Source of the DNA: Pseudomonadota bacterium
Lineage (GTDB): Bacteria; Pseudomonadota; Alphaproteobacteria; Sphingomonadales; Sphingomonadaceae
Direction of reading: 5' to 3'
NCBI GenBank assembly: GCA_023400405.1
Contig: JAEXFD010000052.1
Coordinates: 13,832 to 77,831 of the forward strand
DNA: 64,000 nucleotides
The notes beneath the pieces are model-generated. The model worked only from the letters and a program-made list of their open reading frames with translations, was not told where the DNA came from and ran no database searches. Position numbers and translations under genes: made by a program. This document shows positions 39,158-48,995 of this stretch, piece after piece (the first letter of the stretch is position 1; each line of letters opens with the position of its first letter).

Positions 39158-39349
39158 TATGCGCGTTATTGAAGATAATGACCGCTTGTTGCTCGACTAA
39201 TAAGCGACATGTGTACCATCAGGTCGCTGCTTGACGCGTCCGATCCTGCGAGGACCGTCCAATCGAATCGCGCGTCTGAACTGGAGTTCGGCCCGCTTCT
39301 TGACGCGGGCTGAGAGCACGCCGGCGATCGGCGGTTTGGCGGCTTTGCC

Positions 39350-40105
39350 CTATCGCAGAGATCGGCGGGGGGAGGCGCCGAGGGTGCGCGTGAACATCGC
39401 CGTGAACGCGGTTGGGCTGCCATAGCCCACTTCCAGGCTCGCCTGGGTTATCGAGGAACCCGTCGCAACCATCGTCGATGCCTTGATGAGCCGGATCTGC
39501 CGCTGCCATGCGGCGAGGCTGATGCCGGTTTCCTGCCTGAAGCGACGAGTCAGCGTTCGCCGGCTCATCGCGGCGAGGCTCGCCCACGCGTCGAGGTCCC
39601 GGGGATCGCCGGGGTCAAGCAGGATTGCCTCGCAGATCCGCGTCAGCCGAGGGTCGGAAGGCATGGAGATCGCGCACGCCGCGTCGGGCGACCGATCGAT
39701 CTCATCGATCATAAGGGCAACGATCCGCGCCTCGCGATCGCCTCCGCCGCAAGAGCGCGGGAGGTCGGCGGCTTCCTGGATCAGCGCGTTCAGAGGATCC
39801 GAAACCTCGAACGCGCGACACATGCGAGGTCGGGCATCCGCGGCTTGCGGCAAATAGACGATCTGGAGGGAGACTTGGCTTCGGCAGGAAACTTCATGCC
39901 GGGTTCCCGCAGGAAGCCACAGCGCGCGCTTCGGCGATAGGAGGAAATTGGCCTGGAGTGTTCGCACCGACATCAGTCCCGCCGAGCCATGCAGGATCTG
40001 GACGTGATCATGGCTATGCATCGGGTCCACATATCCTGCGGGATAGGCGTCTCTCGAGCCGAGGCCTGAGGGATCGGCCCAAATGCGATCGGAGCGCTGG
40101 ATCAT
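39350..40105 (-). CDS. AraC-family transcriptional regulator (cupin plus double HTH)
   Basis: 'HSHDHVQ' cupin; 'MSRRTLTRRFRQETG', 'VGYGSPTAFTAMF...GASP'. Confidence 0.9.
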   Translation of the reverse strand: MIQRSDRIWADPSGLGSRDAYPAGYVDPMHSHDHVQILHGSAGLMSVRTLQANFLLSPKRALWLPAGTRHEVSCRSQVSLQIVYLPQAADARPRMCRAFEVSDPLNALIQEAADLPRSCGGGDREARIVALMIDEIDRSPDAACAISMPSDPRLTRICEAILLDPGDPRDLDAWASLAAMSRRTLTRRFRQETGISLAAWQRQIRLIKASTMVATGSSITQASLEVGYGSPTAFTAMFTRTLGASPRRSLR

Positions 40106-40272
40106 GATGTTCCCCCCTGACGCGCGCAGGGTTGGAGGCGGCCGGTCGCCATATGCGCGCCTCTCGGGCCGCAGCGCGAGATATCCCTGCCAGGCCTCGA
40201 TTGGCCCGATCTCGAAGGCAAGGCGGGCGGTGAAAGACTATAATCCCCGCGCGCGATTGAGAGGAGGACGGC

Positions 40273-41238
40273 ATGTCTGAAGGGGGAGCGACGGCGGGAG
40301 ATCGGGTCGATCCCGATATCCGCCGCTTCGTCGAGGCAGTTATCGCGGCCTATGCCGCCCATGCCACCGAAGGGCGGGCGAGCCTCGACGCGCGAAGGGC
40401 CGTTGCCGAGCGCGTCCGCCAGCCTTGGCGCGAAGGCGGCCCGGCGATGGCTGCGACGATCGAGACGGCGCTGGACGGCCTGCGACTGCGCGTCCACCGG
40501 CCAACCGAGGCCAGTGCCTTGTCCGCCATGCTGTACATCCATGGCGGCGGCTGGACGCTGTTCAGCATCGACACCCATGACCGCCTGATGCGCGAATACG
40601 CCGCGCGGGCGGGGATCGTGGTGGTCGGCTTGGATTATCGCCTGGCGCCCGAACAACCGTTCCCCGCGGCGCTCGACGATTGCCTCGCGGCGCTCGCCTG
40701 GATGCGCGAACAGGCCGCTTCGCTCGGCATCGACCCTGGTCGGTTGCTGGTCGGCGGCGATTCCGCTGGGGCGAACCTGGCTGTCGCATTGTGCCTGGCA
40801 TTGCGCGACCGGGGTGCGGCGCTGCCGGCGGGGATGCTGCTCAACTATGGCGCCTTCTCGCCCGAACACCTGCCGAGCTACGAACGCTATGGTGGCCCCG
40901 GCTTCATGCTCGAGCCCGGCGAGATGGACCAGTTCTGGCACGATTATGCCGGCGATCCCGCGCGGCTTGCCGACCCCTATGTCGTGCCGCTGCTGGCCGA
41001 CTTGCACGGCTTGCCGAGTGCCTTCCTCGCCATAGCGGAATGCGACATCCTGGCCGATAGCAACCACGCCTTCGCCGCGCGGCTGGGCGAAGCCGGGGTG
41101 CCGGTGCAGAGCGTCACCTATCGCGGGGCGACGCACAGTTTTCTCGAAGCGGTGTCGATCTCGTCGCTTGCGAACCGCGCGCTGGCCGAGCAGGCGCTGT
41201 GGATCCGCCGGACCTTGGGATTGGGAGACGAAGCATGA
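40273..41238 (+). CDS. HSL-family (family IV) esterase, alpha/beta hydrolase
   Basis: 'HGGGW', 'DYRLAPE', 'GDSAG', catalytic D ('CDIL') and H ('HSF'). Confidence 0.92.
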   Translation: MSEGGATAGDRVDPDIRRFVEAVIAAYAAHATEGRASLDARRAVAERVRQPWREGGPAMAATIETALDGLRLRVHRPTEASALSAMLYIHGGGWTLFSIDTHDRLMREYAARAGIVVVGLDYRLAPEQPFPAALDDCLAALAWMREQAASLGIDPGRLLVGGDSAGANLAVALCLALRDRGAALPAGMLLNYGAFSPEHLPSYERYGGPGFMLEPGEMDQFWHDYAGDPARLADPYVVPLLADLHGLPSAFLAIAECDILADSNHAFAARLGEAGVPVQSVTYRGATHSFLEAVSISSLANRALAEQALWIRRTLGLGDEA

Positions 41239-41813
41239 ACCCGCTGTTCGAACCGCGCCATCCGGCGCTGATCCGCCGGCTGATCAACGAATATCCGCTG
41301 GCGATGCTCGTCTCGCCCAGGCTCCATGTCAGCCCCCTGCCGCTGCTCGCCGAGCCGGACGCGGAGGGGGAAGTGAAAGCGCTGTTCGGCCACTGCGCCC
41401 GCAGCAATTCGCTGGTCGCCGATTTCGCCGAGGATCGGCGCGGGCTGGCGATCTTCAGCGGGCCGCAAGGCTATATCTCTCCCTCGCTGGTCTCCAAGCC
41501 GGATTGGGGGCCGACCTGGAACCACGCGTCGCTGCGCTTTCACGTCGAAGTCGAGTTCGTGCCCGACGAGACGCAGCGCTCGGTCGAGCAGCTTGCCGAA
41601 AAGCTGGAAGGCGATCGCTGGTCGCTCGCGCGGCTCGGTGCCCGGGCGGAGGGCATGATGGCGGGCATCATCGCCTTTCGCGCCTGGGTCACCGGTACCG
41701 ATCACGTCCTCAAGCTCGGCCAGGACGAGAGCGATCAGTCGCATGCGGAGATCGTCGCGGCGCATCCCGATCGCACGTTGGCCGACTGGATGATCGCCAC
41801 GCGCCAGCGCTGA
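41235..41813 (+). CDS. PaiB-like FMN/heme-binding split-barrel protein
   Basis: 'GHCARSN', 'FSGPQGYISP', 'PTWN', 'KLGQ'; ATGA overlap with the esterase. Confidence 0.82.
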   Translation: MNPLFEPRHPALIRRLINEYPLAMLVSPRLHVSPLPLLAEPDAEGEVKALFGHCARSNSLVADFAEDRRGLAIFSGPQGYISPSLVSKPDWGPTWNHASLRFHVEVEFVPDETQRSVEQLAEKLEGDRWSLARLGARAEGMMAGIIAFRAWVTGTDHVLKLGQDESDQSHAEIVAAHPDRTLADWMIATRQR

Positions 41814-41842
41814 GGGGCGTCTCCCCACCGGAGAGACGCCCC
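41814..41842. terminator. Hairpin between convergent genes
   Basis: 10-bp stem ggggcgtctc/gagacgcccc. Confidence 0.55.
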
Positions 41843-41847
41843 GCGCT

Positions 41848-44082
41848 TCAGTTGAGCCGCAGGCGCAGCGTCGCGCCCACCGTCCGCGGCCGGACGACCG
41901 ATCCCGCGAACGAGAAGGGCGCGTTCAGGATGCCATATTGATCGAACAGGTTCTTGGCGAAGATGCCGACTTCGGCCTTGTCGGCAACGGTGATCCCCGC
42001 ATTCAGGTCGACGATGTTGAAATCACCCTTTTCCAGCGTCGCGCCGAAAGCCACCGGGGCGCTCGACAGATAGCGGTGCGCGATGCCGATACGCGGCTTG
42101 AGCTTGTGGTCGGGGAAGCTCAGGTCGAGCGTGTTCGAGATCGTCCAGTCCGATGCGCCCGGCAGCTGGGTGCCCTTGGCATAGCCGCCGCCCGGTGCCG
42201 AATTGTCGGGCAGCAGGCTCGATAGACGCGCGTCGTTATACGAAACGTTCGAGGCGAAGGTGAGGTTGCGCATCGGGCGCATCGTCAGGCTGAATTCGAC
42301 GCCGTCGATGTCCGCCCCGCCGCCATTGACGGTATAGGCGCGGAAGGTGACCGGCGTGAACAGGCGCGCCTGGATGTTGTTCCAATCGACATGATAGGCG
42401 GTCACGTCGAGCGTGAGCGCGCCGCCGACTAGGTCGATTCGGGTGCCGACTTCATAATTCTGCGTCGTATCGCCGTTGAAGGTCAGCGGCAGGCCGGGGG
42501 TGGCCAGCGAGAAGACGTTGACGCCGCCGATGCGGAAGCCCTCCGAATAGAGCGCATAGAGGCGGATATTGTCGGTCGGCTTGAAGGCGAGGGAGGCCTT
42601 GGGGATGAAGTCCGACTTCTTCTGCTCGGCCGGCGCATAGTCGAACGGCGCGATCAGATTGGCGTTGGGCAGATATTGCAGCCGCGGCCGCGTCTCATAT
42701 TGGAAATAGCGCCCGCCCAGCGTGAGCGTCAGCCGGGGCACGATGTCGAATTCAGCCTCGCCGAACACAGCCTTTTCGGTGACGCGGCTGCTGCTTACCG
42801 TGCGCTCGGCGAGGTCGCCGGGGGCGAGAGTCGCGCCGGATTGGCCGCCGAAAAGGCCCGGATTGGCGTTGATATAGGCACCGATCCCCTCGATGAAGGT
42901 TGCATCGGTGCTGTTCGAGCGCATCCGGGTGTAGTTGGCCCCGATCAGCCAGCGGAAGCGGCCCTTGTCGGACGATGTGAGCCTCAGCTCGGCATAGTCC
43001 GTCTTGGACTTGCCGAAGCTGCTCGCCAGCGAGGGCGTGTTGGTGCGCGGATCATTGCCGCCGAACACCGAATTGTCGAAGGCCAGGTCGGCCTTCTTCT
43101 CGGTATAGCTGCCGACCGCGGTCAGCGTCGCGAAGCCCAGCTCCTGTTCGAGCCGGAGGCTGTGCAGCATGAACTGGGTGTGCTGATATTCGGCGACGTT
43201 GGTCGCGCGGTCGAAGGTCTTGGGCGGGCCGAACAGCACATAGGTCTGATCGTCCAGGTCATATTCCTGGTACATGCTGAGCGCGGAGATGCGCGTTCCC
43301 GCTGTCGGCGTGAACACGATCGATCCGCGCAGGCCGCGGACCCTCAGGTCGTTGCTGCCCTTCCTGCCAAGCAGCGTGTTGTCGAGATAACCCGCGTCCA
43401 CGCGCTGGAGCGCCACGACGCGCACCGCCAGCTTGTCCTCGACGATCGGCACGTTGACCATCGCCTTGGCCGCATAGCCGAGCTGGCCGTCGGCGTACTT
43501 GGTCGTCGAGACCATGCCCTCGGCGCCGGCATCGAACTTCGTGGTGTCGGCTTCGTTGACGACATAGTCGATCGCACCGCCCAGCGAGGACGAGCCGAAC
43601 AGCGTGCCCTGCGGCCCGCGCAGCACTTCGACGCGATTGAGATCGAAGCTGTCGACGTCCGGGATCACCAGCGGAAAGCCGGGCTCGATCAGCGGCAGTT
43701 CATTGAGATAATAGCCGGTCGTGGACTGGTTGGCCTCGTGATAGGTGGTCGAAGCGACGCCGCGCATCACCACTTCGGAGACGCCGGGCTGATAGTCGTT
43801 GAACACGACGCCGGGGACGCGGGTGATGTAATCGGAAAGGCTCTGGGCGTTCAGGCGCTGCAGCGCCGCCTCGTTCACCGCCGAAACCGAGCCGCTGACG
43901 TCGCGAACCGATTGCTCGCGCTTGTTCGCCGTCACGACGATGTCGTCGGAACCCTCGACCACGGGCTGGCTCGAAGCCGAGACCCCGTCTTGGCCACCGG
44001 AGCCGGAAGTCTGGGCAGCCGCCGGGATCGCCAGCAGCAGCGTGCCCGCGAGCGCGGACGTCGCGGAAAGTCGGTTGATCAT
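41848..44082 (-). CDS. TonB-dependent receptor
   Basis: Signal peptide, TonB box 'DIVVTA', plug 'RVEVLRGPQGTLFG', C-terminal 'PRTVGATLRL'. Confidence 0.93.
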   Translation of the reverse strand: MINRLSATSALAGTLLLAIPAAAQTSGSGGQDGVSASSQPVVEGSDDIVVTANKREQSVRDVSGSVSAVNEAALQRLNAQSLSDYITRVPGVVFNDYQPGVSEVVMRGVASTTYHEANQSTTGYYLNELPLIEPGFPLVIPDVDSFDLNRVEVLRGPQGTLFGSSSLGGAIDYVVNEADTTKFDAGAEGMVSTTKYADGQLGYAAKAMVNVPIVEDKLAVRVVALQRVDAGYLDNTLLGRKGSNDLRVRGLRGSIVFTPTAGTRISALSMYQEYDLDDQTYVLFGPPKTFDRATNVAEYQHTQFMLHSLRLEQELGFATLTAVGSYTEKKADLAFDNSVFGGNDPRTNTPSLASSFGKSKTDYAELRLTSSDKGRFRWLIGANYTRMRSNSTDATFIEGIGAYINANPGLFGGQSGATLAPGDLAERTVSSSRVTEKAVFGEAEFDIVPRLTLTLGGRYFQYETRPRLQYLPNANLIAPFDYAPAEQKKSDFIPKASLAFKPTDNIRLYALYSEGFRIGGVNVFSLATPGLPLTFNGDTTQNYEVGTRIDLVGGALTLDVTAYHVDWNNIQARLFTPVTFRAYTVNGGGADIDGVEFSLTMRPMRNLTFASNVSYNDARLSSLLPDNSAPGGGYAKGTQLPGASDWTISNTLDLSFPDHKLKPRIGIAHRYLSSAPVAFGATLEKGDFNIVDLNAGITVADKAEVGIFAKNLFDQYGILNAPFSFAGSVVRPRTVGATLRLRLN

Positions 44083-44571
44083 GTCCCACCTCTTCATCTT
44101 GGCGCCGGGGGCAGCTGCACCCGTCGCATCGCTCCCTGTTCCTCCGGTCTCGTTCGGCGTGCCCGGTCTGGTGCCGGTGTCCATCTGACGAGTTACGATG
44201 CCGTGGCCGATCTTTTGACGATCGATCCAGCGCCCGAGGGATCCCCGCGGCATTTCGCACGGTCAGGCTAGAGGCTGCCGGTCGCATGTCCAGCGAGTGC
44301 TCGATCCACGTAAGGTACTTTGCAAAAAGGAGAAAACGCCAACCGGCAGCGGCTTTTCCGATCTTCGCCGGCGATTAGCGCGATTTGTTCGCCCGGACCG
44401 TTTCAGTTCCGTGAAATGTTCGCTACCATCGCCGATGTCCACACCTGTCGTTATCCGGCGCCGCCGGGCTAGGGCGAGGAAGGTTCCCGTGTCGGCCGAT
44501 CTTGCTTCCAACCGAAACGTTCGGGGCCGCGCCAATCCGGAGTGCGTGCCGGGCGGGCCGCGGCGCGTCTG

Positions 44572-44772
44572 ATGGCGCTGGTAGAACTCGGCCGCTTCGA
44601 TCGGCAGGAGGCCTATATCGTTCAGGGCCGGCTGGAGGACGATGGCATCATGAGCTTCGTCTTCGATGCCGGGGCCAGCATCGCCGATGGCTCCTATCTG
44701 CTGATTCCCGTCCGCGTGATGGTCGATGACGAGGATTTCGCGGCGGCCCGCGCGCTGCTCGATCGCGACTGA
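44572..44772 (+). CDS. Small DUF2007-like protein
   Basis: 'EAYIVQGRLEDDGI', 'VRVMVDDEDFAAARALL'. Confidence 0.7.
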   Translation: MALVELGRFDRQEAYIVQGRLEDDGIMSFVFDAGASIADGSYLLIPVRVMVDDEDFAAARALLDRD

Positions 44773-44827
44773 GCTTTCGCCCCGCATATGGGTGGCATCG
44801 CGCGCCGGGCTGGGCTAGGGCCGCGCC

Positions 44828-45988
44828 ATGGCCGCCACCCTTCATTGCGATGTCGCGATCGTCGGGGGTGGGCTCGCCGGGACGCTGATCGCGCTCGCCT
44901 TGCGCCGCAAGCGGCCGGATTGCGACGTGCGGATCGTCGAGGCGGGGTCGGCGCTCGGCGGCAACCATCTCTGGTCCTTCTTCGCCAGCGACGTTGCGCC
45001 GGAGGATCGCTGGCTGGTCGCGCCGCTGATCAGCCATGGCTGGACGCGCTACGATGTCGCCTTTCCCGAGCAGGCGCGCACGCTCGCCAATTCCTATTAT
45101 TCGATCGAATCGCATCGTCTCGACCAGGTCGCCCGGGCCGAGCTGCCGGCAGGGGCGGTCCTCACGCGCAAGAAGGTGGCCGATCTCGGCCCCGCTGCCG
45201 TGCTGCTCGCCGACGGAACCGCCATCGCCGCCGGTGGCGTGATCGATTGCCGCGGCATCGGCGACTTGGGCGCACTTTCCTGCGGGTGGCAGAAATTTCT
45301 CGGCCGCGAACTCGAACTCGACGAACCGCACGACTGCGAACGGCCGATGATCATGGATGCGACCGTCGCGCAGGAAGACGGCTATCGCTTCGTCTATGCG
45401 CTGCCCTTCACGCCGATGCGCATGTTCGTCGAGGACACTTATTACAGCGACACGCCCGATCTCGATCCCGCGCGGCTCGGCGAGCGGATCGATGCCTATG
45501 CCGCCACCCAGGGCTGGCAAGCTGCGCGCGTATTGCGCGAGGAAGCGGGTGTCCTGCCGGTGGTAATGGGCGGCGATTTCGATGCCTATTGGCGAGCGGG
45601 CGGTGCCGGCGTCGCCAAGGCCGGAGCGCGCGGGGGCTTCTTCCATCCGCTGACCAGCTACACGCTGCCCGATGCCGTCCGCATCGCGAGCCTCGTCGCC
45701 ACGGCCGGCGACCTGGGTGGGACCGCGCTCCACGATCTTCTCCACGGCCATGCGCGCACCCTCTGGCGTCGCCGGCGTTTCTATCGGATGCTTGCCGCCA
45801 TGTTGTTCAAGGCTGCCGAACCCGGCGAACGCTTTCGCGTGCTACAGCGCTTCTATCGGCTCGATCCGGCGCTGATCGGGCGCTTCTATGCCGGCCGCTC
45901 GACGCTGGGCGACAAGCTGCGCATCCTGTCCGGCCGGCCTCCGGTGCCGATCGGCCGCGCGCTCGCCGCGCTGGGGGGCGGGCGATGA
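44828..45988 (+). CDS. crtY: Lycopene beta-cyclase
   Basis: 'GGGLAG', 'GGNHLWSF', 'WQKFLG', 'IMDATV.Q.DGYRFVY', 'FHPLTSY'. Confidence 0.95.
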   Translation: MAATLHCDVAIVGGGLAGTLIALALRRKRPDCDVRIVEAGSALGGNHLWSFFASDVAPEDRWLVAPLISHGWTRYDVAFPEQARTLANSYYSIESHRLDQVARAELPAGAVLTRKKVADLGPAAVLLADGTAIAAGGVIDCRGIGDLGALSCGWQKFLGRELELDEPHDCERPMIMDATVAQEDGYRFVYALPFTPMRMFVEDTYYSDTPDLDPARLGERIDAYAATQGWQAARVLREEAGVLPVVMGGDFDAYWRAGGAGVAKAGARGGFFHPLTSYTLPDAVRIASLVATAGDLGGTALHDLLHGHARTLWRRRRFYRMLAAMLFKAAEPGERFRVLQRFYRLDPALIGRFYAGRSTLGDKLRILSGRPPVPIGRALAALGGGR

Positions 45989-47463
45989 AGCGCGCCGCCG
46001 TCATCGGCGCCGGATTCGGGGGGCTCGCGCTCGCGATCCGGCTCCAGTCCGCGGGGGTCGATACCGTCGTCATCGAAGCCCGCGACAAGCCCGGCGGCCG
46101 CGCCTATTTCTGGCAGCGCGACGGCTTCACCTTCGATGCCGGCCCCACCGTAATCACCGCGCCCGAGACGCTGGCCGAGCTCTGGAAGCTCTCCGGCCAC
46201 GACATTGCCGAGGACGTGACGCTGCGCCCGGTCACGCCCTTCTACCGGCTTTCCTGGCCGGATGGCGCGCATCTCGATTACCTCAACGACGACGTTCGCC
46301 TCGCCGCAGAGATCGCGCGGATCGAGCCGGAGGACGTCGCCGGCTATCGCGAGTTTCTCGCTTATTCGGCCGACGTCTATCGCGAGGGCTATCAGAAGCT
46401 CGGCCATGTCGCCTTCCTCGACTTCCAGTCGATGCTCCGTGCCGCACCCTCCCTGGCCCGCTATGGCGCCTGGCGCTCGGTCTATTCGAAAGTCGCCGGC
46501 TTCGTGCGCAACGAGAAGCTGCGCCAGGCCTTTTCCTTCCACACCCTGCTGGTCGGCGGCAATCCGATGACGGCGAGCTCGATCTACGCGCTGATCCACA
46601 AGCTCGAGCGCGAGAGCGGCGTGTGGTGGGCCGAAGGCGGCACCAATCGGCTGGTCGCCGGCATGGTCCGGCATTTCGAGCGGCTGGGCGGCGTGCTGCG
46701 GCTCGGGGATCCGGTCGCCGCGATCGACACGCTGGGTGATCGCGTCACCGGCCTGCGCACGGCCTCCGGCCAGGCCTTCGAAGTCGATGCCGTCGCTTCC
46801 AACGCCGATATCGTCCACAGCTATCGCGACCTGCTCAAGGGATCGCGCAGCAGTCAGCGGGTCGCACAGCGGCTGGTGCGCAAGCGCTTCTCGCCGTCGC
46901 TGTTCGTGCTCCACCTCGGCTTGCGCGGGACCTTCCCGGACATCCCGCACCATTCGATCCTGTTCGGCCCGCGCTATCAGGGGCTGCTTGCCGACATCTA
47001 CGATCATGGCGTGCTGAGCGAGGATTTCTCGCTCTATCTCCATCATCCCAGCGCCAGCGACGCGACCATGGCGCCGGAGGGCCATTCGACCTTCTATGCG
47101 CTGGTGCCGGTGCCGCATCTCGGCAAGTTCCCGGCCGACTGGGACGAAGTCGGCCCGCTGCTCGAAGAGCGAATCCTCGCCGAGCTCCAACGCCGGCTGA
47201 TCCCCGACATCAAGGACCGGATCGTGACCAAGTTCGCCTATGCCCCGCCCGATTTCCGCGACGATCTCGCCGCGCACCAGGGCTCGGCCTTCAGCCTCGA
47301 GCCGATCCTGACCCAGAGCGCCTGGTTCCGCGTCCACAATCGCGACGACGCCATCGCCAATCTCTATTTCGTCGGCGCCGGCACGCATCCGGGCGCGGGC
47401 ATCCCCGGCGTGGTCGGCAGCGCCAAGGCGACGGCGGCGCTGATGCTGGGAGACGGCAAGTGA
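45985..47463 (+). CDS. crtI: Phytoene desaturase
   Basis: 'VIGAGFGGLA', 'FDAGPTVIT', 'SLEPILTQSAWFR', 'GAGTHPGAGIPGV'. Confidence 0.96.
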   Translation: MKRAAVIGAGFGGLALAIRLQSAGVDTVVIEARDKPGGRAYFWQRDGFTFDAGPTVITAPETLAELWKLSGHDIAEDVTLRPVTPFYRLSWPDGAHLDYLNDDVRLAAEIARIEPEDVAGYREFLAYSADVYREGYQKLGHVAFLDFQSMLRAAPSLARYGAWRSVYSKVAGFVRNEKLRQAFSFHTLLVGGNPMTASSIYALIHKLERESGVWWAEGGTNRLVAGMVRHFERLGGVLRLGDPVAAIDTLGDRVTGLRTASGQAFEVDAVASNADIVHSYRDLLKGSRSSQRVAQRLVRKRFSPSLFVLHLGLRGTFPDIPHHSILFGPRYQGLLADIYDHGVLSEDFSLYLHHPSASDATMAPEGHSTFYALVPVPHLGKFPADWDEVGPLLEERILAELQRRLIPDIKDRIVTKFAYAPPDFRDDLAAHQGSAFSLEPILTQSAWFRVHNRDDAIANLYFVGAGTHPGAGIPGVVGSAKATAALMLGDGK

Positions 47464-48041
47464 AGCGCCTCGCCATTTATTGCGGTTCGGCCAGCCCGGC
47501 CGATCCGATCTATGTCGAAACCGCGCGCGCGGTGGGGCGCGCGCTCGCCGAGCGCGGCATCGGTGTCGTCTATGGCGGCGGCAGGCTGGGCCTGATGGGT
47601 GCTGTCGCCGATGGCGCATTGGAGGCAGGCGGCGAAGTGATCGGCGTGATCCCCATGGCGCTGGTCAACGCCGAAGTCGCGCATCGCGGCCTCACCGAGC
47701 TGCACGTCGTCGAGACGATGCACGAGCGCAAGGCGCGCTTCACCGAGCTGGCCGACGGCTTCGTCAACCTGCCCGGCGGCACCGGAACGATGGACGAGCT
47801 GTGGGAGGCGCTGAGCTGGGCGCAGCTCGGCTATCACACCGATCCGGTCGGCTTGCTCAACGTCGCCGGCTATTACGACAAGCTCGTCGAGTTCTGGGAG
47901 CATATGGGCCGCACCGGCTTCGTCCGGCCGCAGCACCAGCCGATGCTGCTGGTCGCCGAGACGCTCGACGCGCTGCTCGAGAAAATGGCGGCCTATCAGC
48001 CGATCGTGCCGATCATCCGCATGGAACGCAGCGACCTGTGA
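47460..48041 (+). CDS. LOG-family nucleotide phosphoribohydrolase (TIGR00730-type)
   Basis: 'YCGS', 'YGGG..GLMG', 'MHERK', 'PGGTGTMDE'. Confidence 0.92.
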   Translation: MKRLAIYCGSASPADPIYVETARAVGRALAERGIGVVYGGGRLGLMGAVADGALEAGGEVIGVIPMALVNAEVAHRGLTELHVVETMHERKARFTELADGFVNLPGGTGTMDELWEALSWAQLGYHTDPVGLLNVAGYYDKLVEFWEHMGRTGFVRPQHQPMLLVAETLDALLEKMAAYQPIVPIIRMERSDL

Positions 48042-48988
48042 GCGAAGCGGCGCTGCCTTCGCGCGCTGCGATCGTGGCGACGGCGCAGGAGTCGATCGCG
48101 CTCGGCTCGAAGAGCTTCTCCGCCGCGAGCCGACTGTTCGATCGCCCGACGCGCGAGCGCGCCTGGCTGCTCTATGCCTGGTGCCGCGCCTGCGACGATC
48201 TCGCCGACGGGCAGGATCACGGCCAGGACGCCCGGCCGGTCGATGCCGAGGCGGGGCTGGCGCGCATCCGGCTGCTCACTCGGGCCGCACTCGCCGGCGA
48301 GTGGGTCGGCGATCCGGCCTTCGACGCGCTTCGCATCGTTGCGGCCGAAACGCGCCTGCCCCGGCGCTTCATATGGGATCTGGTCGAGGGCTTTGCGCTC
48401 GATGCGTCGGGATGGCGGCCCCAGAGCGAAGCCGATCTCTATCGCTATTGCTACCATGTCGCCGGCAGCGTCGGCTGCATGATGGCCGTGGTGATGGGGA
48501 TCGATCCGGGCGACGAAGCGACGCTCGACCGCGCCTGCGACCTCGGGATTGCCTTCCAGCTCGCCAATATCGCGCGCGATATCGTGGCCGACGCCGCGAT
48601 CGGCCGCTGCTATCTCCCTGCCGACTGGCTCGCCGACGCGGGAATCGCGCCCGAATCGATCGGCGAGCCCAGTCACCGCGCGCAACTGGCGACGATCGCG
48701 GCGCGGCTTGCGGATCGCGCCAGCGCCTATGCCGACAGTGCGCGTCGCGGCACGGCGAGCCTATCGTTCCGCTCGGCCTGGGCGGTGCTCGCGGCGGCCG
48801 GAATCTATGGCGACATTGCCAGGAAGGTCGCCGCCGCCGGGCCGCGAGCCTGGGATCGGCGAATCGCAGTGTCGAGCGCGGAAAAGCTCGGCTGGATCGT
48901 CCGCGCCGCGATCGACGCCCGCGCGCGCGGGACGCGCTATCCGCCCGAGCCGCGCGCGGCCGACTTGTGGACCCGTCCGAAGGCCTGA
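48038..48988 (+). CDS. crtB: Phytoene synthase
   Basis: 'GSKSF', 'YAWCRACDD', 'YCYHVAG', 'FQLANIARD', 'GRCYLP'; GTG start overlapping the LOG stop. Confidence 0.95.
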   Translation: MSEAALPSRAAIVATAQESIALGSKSFSAASRLFDRPTRERAWLLYAWCRACDDLADGQDHGQDARPVDAEAGLARIRLLTRAALAGEWVGDPAFDALRIVAAETRLPRRFIWDLVEGFALDASGWRPQSEADLYRYCYHVAGSVGCMMAVVMGIDPGDEATLDRACDLGIAFQLANIARDIVADAAIGRCYLPADWLADAGIAPESIGEPSHRAQLATIAARLADRASAYADSARRGTASLSFRSAWAVLAAAGIYGDIARKVAAAGPRAWDRRIAVSSAEKLGWIVRAAIDARARGTRYPPEPRAADLWTRPKA

Positions 48989-48995
48989 TCGGGGA

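Noticed and set aside
39166..39587. Short ORFs between the che operon and the AraC gene
   Set aside because: No RBS or recognisable motifs; they overlap the AraC 3' end and the che promoter region
44083..44571. Long intergenic region as a riboswitch or sRNA ahead of the TonB receptor; ORF 44297-44572
   Set aside because: No cobalamin, TPP or other riboswitch consensus recognised; TGACGA repeats at 44186 and 44216 are too short to support a call; the ORF lacks protein-like features. An Rfam scan would settle it
44788..47463. 891-aa ORF suggesting a fused CrtI
   Set aside because: The upstream part is an alternate frame of crtY; the CrtI Rossmann motif starts at ATG 45985, overlapping the crtY stop
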